From: the human T2T-CHM13v2.0 reference genome, Homo sapiens
Reading direction: 5' to 3' (one strand)
Assembly (NCBI RefSeq): GCF_009914755.1
Contig: NC_060928.1
DNA: 64,000 nt
Both the position numbers and the translations under genes were made by a program. The notes beneath the pieces are model-generated. The model saw nothing but the letters and a program-made list of their open reading frames with translations. It ran no database searches and had not been told where the DNA came from. Each line of letters starts with the position of its first letter. Within the stretch, counting starts at the first letter, position 1. Positions 57,701-64,000 of this stretch are shown here, piece by piece.

Positions 57701-59850
57701 GTGGTGATAATCCCCTTTATCATTTTTTATTGTGTTTATTTGATTCTTCTCTCTTTTCTTCTTTGTTAATCTAGCTAGCAGTCTATTTTATTATTTTTTT
57801 CAAAAAACCTCCTCCTGGATTCATTAATTTTTTGAAGGGTTTTTCATGTCTCTTTCTCCTTCTGTTCCACTCTGATCTTGGTTATTTCTTGTCTTCTGCT
57901 AGCTTTGGGGTTTGTTTGCTCTTGGTTCTCTAAGTCTTTTAGTTCTGATGTTAGGGTGTCAATTTGAGACATTTGTAATTTTTTGATGTGGGCATTTAGT
58001 GCTATAAATTTCCTTATTAACACTGCCTTAGCTGCACTCCAGAGATTCTGGAATGTTGTCTCTTTGTTCTCATTGGTTCCAAAGAACTTCTTGACTTCTG
58101 CTTTAATTTCATTCCCAATAGGTAGTTTTTTATCCTCCTCCTTCTCTCTACCTCCACCATCAAGTAGGCCTCAGTGTTCATTGTTCCCTTCTTTGTGTTC
58201 CTATGTACTCAATGTTTAGCTCCCACTTATAAGTGATAACATGCAGTACTTGGTTTTCTGTTCCTGCTTTAGTTCACTTATGATAATGACTCTAGCTGCA
58301 TCTGTAATGCTGCAAAGGACATTGTCTCATTCTTTTTTATGGCTGCATAGTATTCCATGGTCTATATGTACCACATTTTCTTCATCCAGTCTACCATTGT
58401 TGGGCATTTAGGTTGATCCCATGTCTTCACTATTGTGAATAGTGCTGCAGTGGGCATACATGTGCATGTGTCTTTATGGTAGAATTATCTATATTCTTCT
58501 GGGTATATACTCAGTGATGGGATTGCTGGATTGAATAGTGATTCTACTTTGAGTTCGTTGAGAAATTACCAAACTGCTTTCCACAGTGGCTGAACCAAAT
58601 TACATTCCCCCCAGCAGTGAGTGTATATACATTCCGTTTTTTCTGCAAGGTCGCCAGCATCTGCTATTTTTTCACTTTTTAATAATAGCCATTCTGACTT
58701 GTGTGAGATGGTGTCTTGCAGTTTTGATTTGCATTTCTCTAATAGTGATGTTGAACATTTTTTCATATGCTTATTGACTGCATGTACATCTTTTGAAAAG
58801 TGTCTGGTTCCACATGAATTTTTAAACACTTTTCTCTAATTTTGTGAAGAATGTCATTGGTAGTTTGATAGAAATAGCATTGAATCTGTACATTGTGATG
58901 GGCAGTATGGCCATTTAAACAATATTGATTCTTCCTATCTGTAAGCATGAGATATTTTTCTATTTCTCTGATTTCTTTGAGCAGTATTTTGTAATTCTCA
59001 TTGTAGAGATCTTTTACCTTTCTGGTTAGCTGTATTCCTAGGTATTTTATTCTTTTTGTGGCTATTATGAATGAGATTGCATTCTTGATTTGGCTCTTAG
59101 CTTGGATGTTGCTGATGTATAGGAATGCTACCAATATTTGTACATTGATTTTGTATACTGAAACTTTTCTGAAGTTGTTTATCAGATGAAAGAGTTTTTG
59201 AGCAGAGACTATGGGGTTTTGTAGGTATAGAATTATATCATCTGCAAACAAGGATAGTTTGACTTCCTCTCCTCTTATTTGTATGTCTTTTATTTCTTTA
59301 TCTTGCCTGATTGCTCTGGCCAGGACTTCCAGTACTATGTTGAATAGGAGTGGTGGACAAGGGCATCCTTGTCTTGTTCTGGTTTTCAAGAGGAATGCTT
59401 CCAGCTTTTGCCCATTCAATATGATGTTGGCTGTGGGTTTGTCATAGATGGCTCTTATTATTTTGAGATATGTTCTTCCAATGCTTAGTTTGCTGGGGGT
59501 TTTTAGAATAAAGAGATGTTGAATTTTATTGAAAGCCATTTCTGTATCTGTTGAGGTAATCATAATCATGTGGTTTTTGTTTTTAGTCCGTTTATGTGAT
59601 GAATCACATTTATTGATTTGCATATGTTGAAACAACCTTGCTCCCAGGGATAAAGCCTACTTGCTTGTGATGGATTAGCTTTTTGATGTGCTGCTGGATT
59701 TGGTTGACTAGTATTTTGTTAAGGATTTTTGCATCTGTGTTCATCAAGGATATTGGCCTGAAGTTTTCTTTTTGGTTGTGTCTCTGCCAGATTTTGGTAT
59801 CAGGATAATGCTGGCCTCATGGAATGAGTTAGAGAGCATTACCTCCTCCT
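54745..59850 (-). mobile_element. Older L1PA (outer) with a nested ~3.2-kb L1PA (~54850-58110); both degraded
   Basis: Outer 3' UTR is split at ccca(t/a)ta(c/g)gtagt. ORF2 RT fragments include LFADD (58763-59635) and LFADN (56726-57178), with frameshifts. Confidence 0.88.
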
Positions 59851-61470
59851 TATGACTGATATTATGTTTAATTTTTCTTGCCCTATGTGATAATTCCTTA
59901 CAATAAACTTGTGTTATTAGAGTCATGGTGATTGAGGAAAGGGGCTGTGTCTATACTTCAGAAAGAGTGTCAAGATGGCAAGAGGTACGCAAAGGAACAG
60001 TCTGGCATAATCATCTTGAGAGAGGTAACTGCCATCAACTCATCTGGAAATTTTCAGCTATATTTGGTAAGAAACTAAATTTCCCTCAGTAATGCAAAAT
60101 GAGACTAAGTGATTTTTTTTTAATATTCTTTTTAAAAGTAACTTAAAGGGGTAATACATTTGTTTGGGGACAAGGAGGACCAAAAAAATACTTTTGGATT
60201 TGGCATTAAGATCTGTGGCAACATCCAAACTATCAGTTTCAGATGCCTGATATCATATTGTAGGGTCATAAGGACAGGGTCTGAGCTTGCTTGTGTATAT
60301 TGAGAATGGCAGTGAGGACAAAAAGCAGTGGAGTGCAATTATTCAAGCAAAACAGGCATTACTGTTTTGATGACCACTTGGTCAAGAAATTTGGTGACAT
60401 AAAAGAGGAATCTCAGCTAGAGGAGGTTACAGGATTGAGCAAGGATGCCCTTGTGTGTTTGATTTCAAGACAGGATGGAGGTGCACATGCTTGAATAGCA
60501 ACAAAGAAGGCATCAAGGGAAACTAAAGATGTTGAATAGGAAGGGCAGAGGTGTGAACCCCTGGATATAAGAAAAATAGGCATATTTTTAGGTGACTGGT
60601 CTTGAAACTTTTTTGATTGTGCCGTTCCTATCAGTAATGTCTTTTTGAGGGTTTATTCTGGATACAAGTATGTTCACTTATTTATAAATTGCTTGCACGT
60701 ACCATTATTATATGCATTATGAAATTGTGCAAAAATATGGATATTCTTAAAGGATAACATAAAAGTAAATATTTCAAATAGCTTTATTTATGATATTTAT
60801 GAAACTTTTGTACTCAAAATATTATTTATTGCTATTATTTTATATTAGTAATAGTAATATTTATAATTTTAGTAGCAGCAAAGTGACAGTATATGCTTCA
60901 CTATTTTTGAAAATCTCAATTTAATGTTATCTATTATGGCAAATCAAAAGTCCGTTCTAATTTCAGCTTATTTGATACTTGATTTTATGTCTGTCACAGC
61001 TGAAAAAGATACCTCACAAAGCTATGTAGATCCAACTAGAAGTAGTATATTATTTGCTTTGCTTACCAAATCACGACACTCATTTTTCACTTACACCTAC
61101 CAATTATGCAAGAGTTGTTACTGAAATTCAGAGGAAATTTCCATCTTCCCTGATGTCAATTATTTGTTCTTACTAAGTGCAAGGTGTTTCATATCCACAT
61201 TTTTAACAAATGAGTTTAAAACCTACTGAAATTTTTTGTTTAGAAAAAAAGTCTTCTTTATTGAGTGATAATTTGCTCAGTAAAAAATACTGATCATAAA
61301 CTCAATTGAGAATTTTTAAGCAGTAGAAAATTCAGTTTCTGAAATTTTCAAGTGTGTAGATGTGGCTGTGTTTGCAGGTGAGAAATATAAATTGTTGGGA
61401 GCAGCGTCATGAAATAATTGTGGAAAAATTCCAACATCGATTCAAAAATGATTCCTCCATAAAATAAATA

Positions 61471-61516
61471 TTAGTTTGGTGCAAAAGTAATTGTGGTTTT
61501 TGCCATTACTTTTAAT
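61471..61516 (+). mobile_element. Half MADE1 (single TIR)
   Basis: ttagtttggtgcaaaagtaattgtggtttttgccattacttttaat. Confidence 0.85.
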
Positions 61517-61604
61517 TTATATTTCTAAATATACATTTTAAAAACAATAAATTTTAAGCTCATTGTTAAAATTCATCTTTATATTGAAGGGATCAATTAA
61601 ATGT

Positions 61605-64000
61605 ATTTACTTATTTTTTATTATTATTATACTCCAAGTTCTGGGATACAAGTGCAGAACATGAAGGATTGTTACATAGGTATACACGTGACATGGTGGT
61701 TTGCTGCACCTATCAACCCGTCATCTACATTAGGTATTTCTCCTAATGCTATCCTTCCTCTAGCCCCACCCCCCTACCCCCGACAGGCCCCAGTGTGCAA
61801 TGTTCCCCTCCCTGTGTCCATGTGTTCTGATTGTTCAGCTCCCACTTATGAGTGAGAACATGTGGTGTCTGGTTTTCTGTTCCTGTGTTAGTTTGCTGAG
61901 AATGATGGTTTCCAGCTTCATCCATGTCCCTGCAAAGGCCATGAACTCATTCTTTTTTATGGCTGCATAGTATTCCATGGTGTATATGTGCCACATTTTC
62001 TTTATCCAGTCTATCATTGTTGGGCATTTGGATTGGTTCCAAGTCTTTGCTATTGTGAATAGTGCTGCAATAAACATACATGTGCAAGTGTCTTTATAGT
62101 AAAATGATTTATAATCTTTTGGGTATATACCCAGTAATGGGATTGCTGGGTCAAATGGTATTTCTAGTTGGAGATCCTTGAGGAATTGCCACACTGTCTT
62201 CCACAATGGTTGAACTAATTTACATTCCCACCAACAGTGTAAAAGCATTCCTATTTCTCCACATCCTCTCCAGCATCTGTTGCTTCCTGACTTTTTAATG
62301 ATCGCCATTCTAACTGGCATGAGATGATATCTCATTGTGGTTTTGATTTACATTTCTCTAATGACCAGCAATGATGAGCTTTTTTTCATATGTTTGTTGG
62401 CCACATAAATGTCTTCTTTTGAGAAGTATCTGTTCATATCTTTCACCCACTTTTTGATGGGGTTGTTTTTTTCTTGTAAATTTGTTTAAGTTCCTTGTAG
62501 ATTCTGGATATTAGTCCTTTGTCAAATGGACAGATTGCAAAAATCTTCTATCATTCTGTAGGTTGCCTGTTCACTCTGATGATAGTTTCTTTTGCTGTGC
62601 AGAAGCTCTTTAGTTTAATTTTATCCCATTTGTCAGTTTTTGCATTTGTTGTCATTGCTTTTGGTGTCTTAGTAATGAAGTCTTTGCCCATGCCTATGTC
62701 CAGAATGGTATTGCCTATGTTTTCTTCTAGGGTTTTTATGGTTTTATGTCTTATGTTTAAGTCTTTAATCCATATTGAGTTTATTTTTGTATAAGGTGTA
62801 AAGAAGGGGTCCAGTTTCAGTTTTCTGCATATCGCTAGCCAGTTTTCCCAACATCATTTATTAAATAGGGAATCCTTTCCCCATTGCCAGTTTTTGTCAG
62901 GTTTATCAAAGATCAGATGGCTGTAGATGTGTGGCATTATTTCTGAGTCCTCTGTTCTGTTCCATTGGTCTATATATATGTTTTGGTACCAGAACCATGC
63001 TGTTTTGGTTACTGTAGCCTTGTAGTATAGTTTAAAGTCAGGTAGCATGATGCCTCCAGCTTTGTTCTTTTGGCTTAGGATTGTCTTGGATATACAGGCT
63101 CTTTTTTTGTTCCATATGAAATTTAAAGTAGTTTTTTCTAATTCTGTGAAGAAAGCCAATGGTAGCTTGATGGGGATAGCATTGAGCCTATAAATTACTT
63201 TGGGCAGTGTGGCCATTTTTACAATATTGATTCTTCCTATCCATGAGCATGGAATGTTTTTCCATTTGTTTGTGTCCTCTCTTATTTCCTTGAGCAGTGG
63301 TTTGTGGTTCTCCTTGAAGAGGTCCTTCATATCCCTTGTAAGTTGTATTCCTAGGTATTTTATTCTCTTAGTAGCAATTGTGAATGGGAGTTCACTCATG
63401 ATTTGGCTCTCTTCTTGTCTATTATTGGTGTATGGGAATGCTTGTGATTTTTGCACATTGATTTTGTATCCTGAGAATTTGCTGAAGTTGCTTATTAGCT
63501 TAAGGAGATTTTGGGTTGAGACGATGGGGTTTTCTAAATATACAATTATGTCATCTGCAGACAGAGACAATTTGACTTCCTCTCTTCCTATTTGAATACC
63601 CTTTATTTCTTTCTCTTGTTTGATTTTCCTGGCCAGAACTTCCAATACTATGTTGAATAGGGGTGGTGAGAGACACATTCTTGTCTTATGCTGGTTTTCA
63701 AAGAGAATGCTTCCAGCTTTTCCCCATTAAGTATGATATTGGCTGTGGGTTTCTCATAAATAGCTCTTATTATTTTGAGATATGTTCCATCAATACTTGG
63801 TTTATTGAGAGTTTTTAGCATGAAGGGGTGTTGAATTTTATCAAAGGCCTTTTCTTCATCTATTGAGATAATCATGTGGTTTTTGTCATTGGTTCTGTTT
63901 CCGTGATGGATTAAGTTTATTGATTTGCAGCGTTGAACCAGCTTTGCTTCCCCTGGATGAAGCTGACTTGATGTGTTGCTGGATTCAATTTGGCAGTATT
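61605..64000 (-). mobile_element. L1PA 3' portion (ORF2 RT and C-terminal region, disrupted), running off the window
   Basis: ORF fragments 62854-63678 (KLSLSADD) and 61835-62335 are L1 ORF2; 3' UTR at ~61605-61835. Confidence 0.93.

Noticed and set aside
55095-63875. Reverse-transcriptase-like ORFs
   Set aside because: Fragmented L1 ORF2 with frameshifts and stops, altered catalytic motifs (FADN, SADD) in two of the copies, and no 5' UTR or ORF1 visible; not an active element or novel RT system.

Overview
Primate DNA, almost certainly human: Alu, L1PA and THE1B repeats are present, and the encoded peptide matches human CCK1 receptor as I recall it. The first ~1.8 kb holds the 5' end of CCKAR (cholecystokinin A receptor) on the minus strand: coding exon 1 (1430-1541), coding exon 2 (507-758), a 5' leader with several uORFs and a GC-box promoter. 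The other ~62 kb is upstream, apparently intergenic, repeat-rich DNA: about 20 Alus, MIR/L2 relics, solo LTRs (THE1B, MLT2A, MLT1, LTR1-like), DNA-transposon fossils (MER82, Tigger2a, Tigger3, MER96B, MADE1) and nested L1PA pieces. I see no second protein-coding gene, RNA gene or convincing novel multi-gene system. The most unusual structures are two independent ~140-bp local inverted duplications that look like templated insertions into old L1 fragments, an overlapping uORF chain with a fossil N-terminal extension in the CCKAR leader, a ~680-bp polypyrimidine tract with higher-order repeats upstream of the promoter, and a MADE1 hairpin with a compensatory change. Repeat subfamily names come from recalled consensus sequences. 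Repeat boundaries are approximate unless a TSD is cited.
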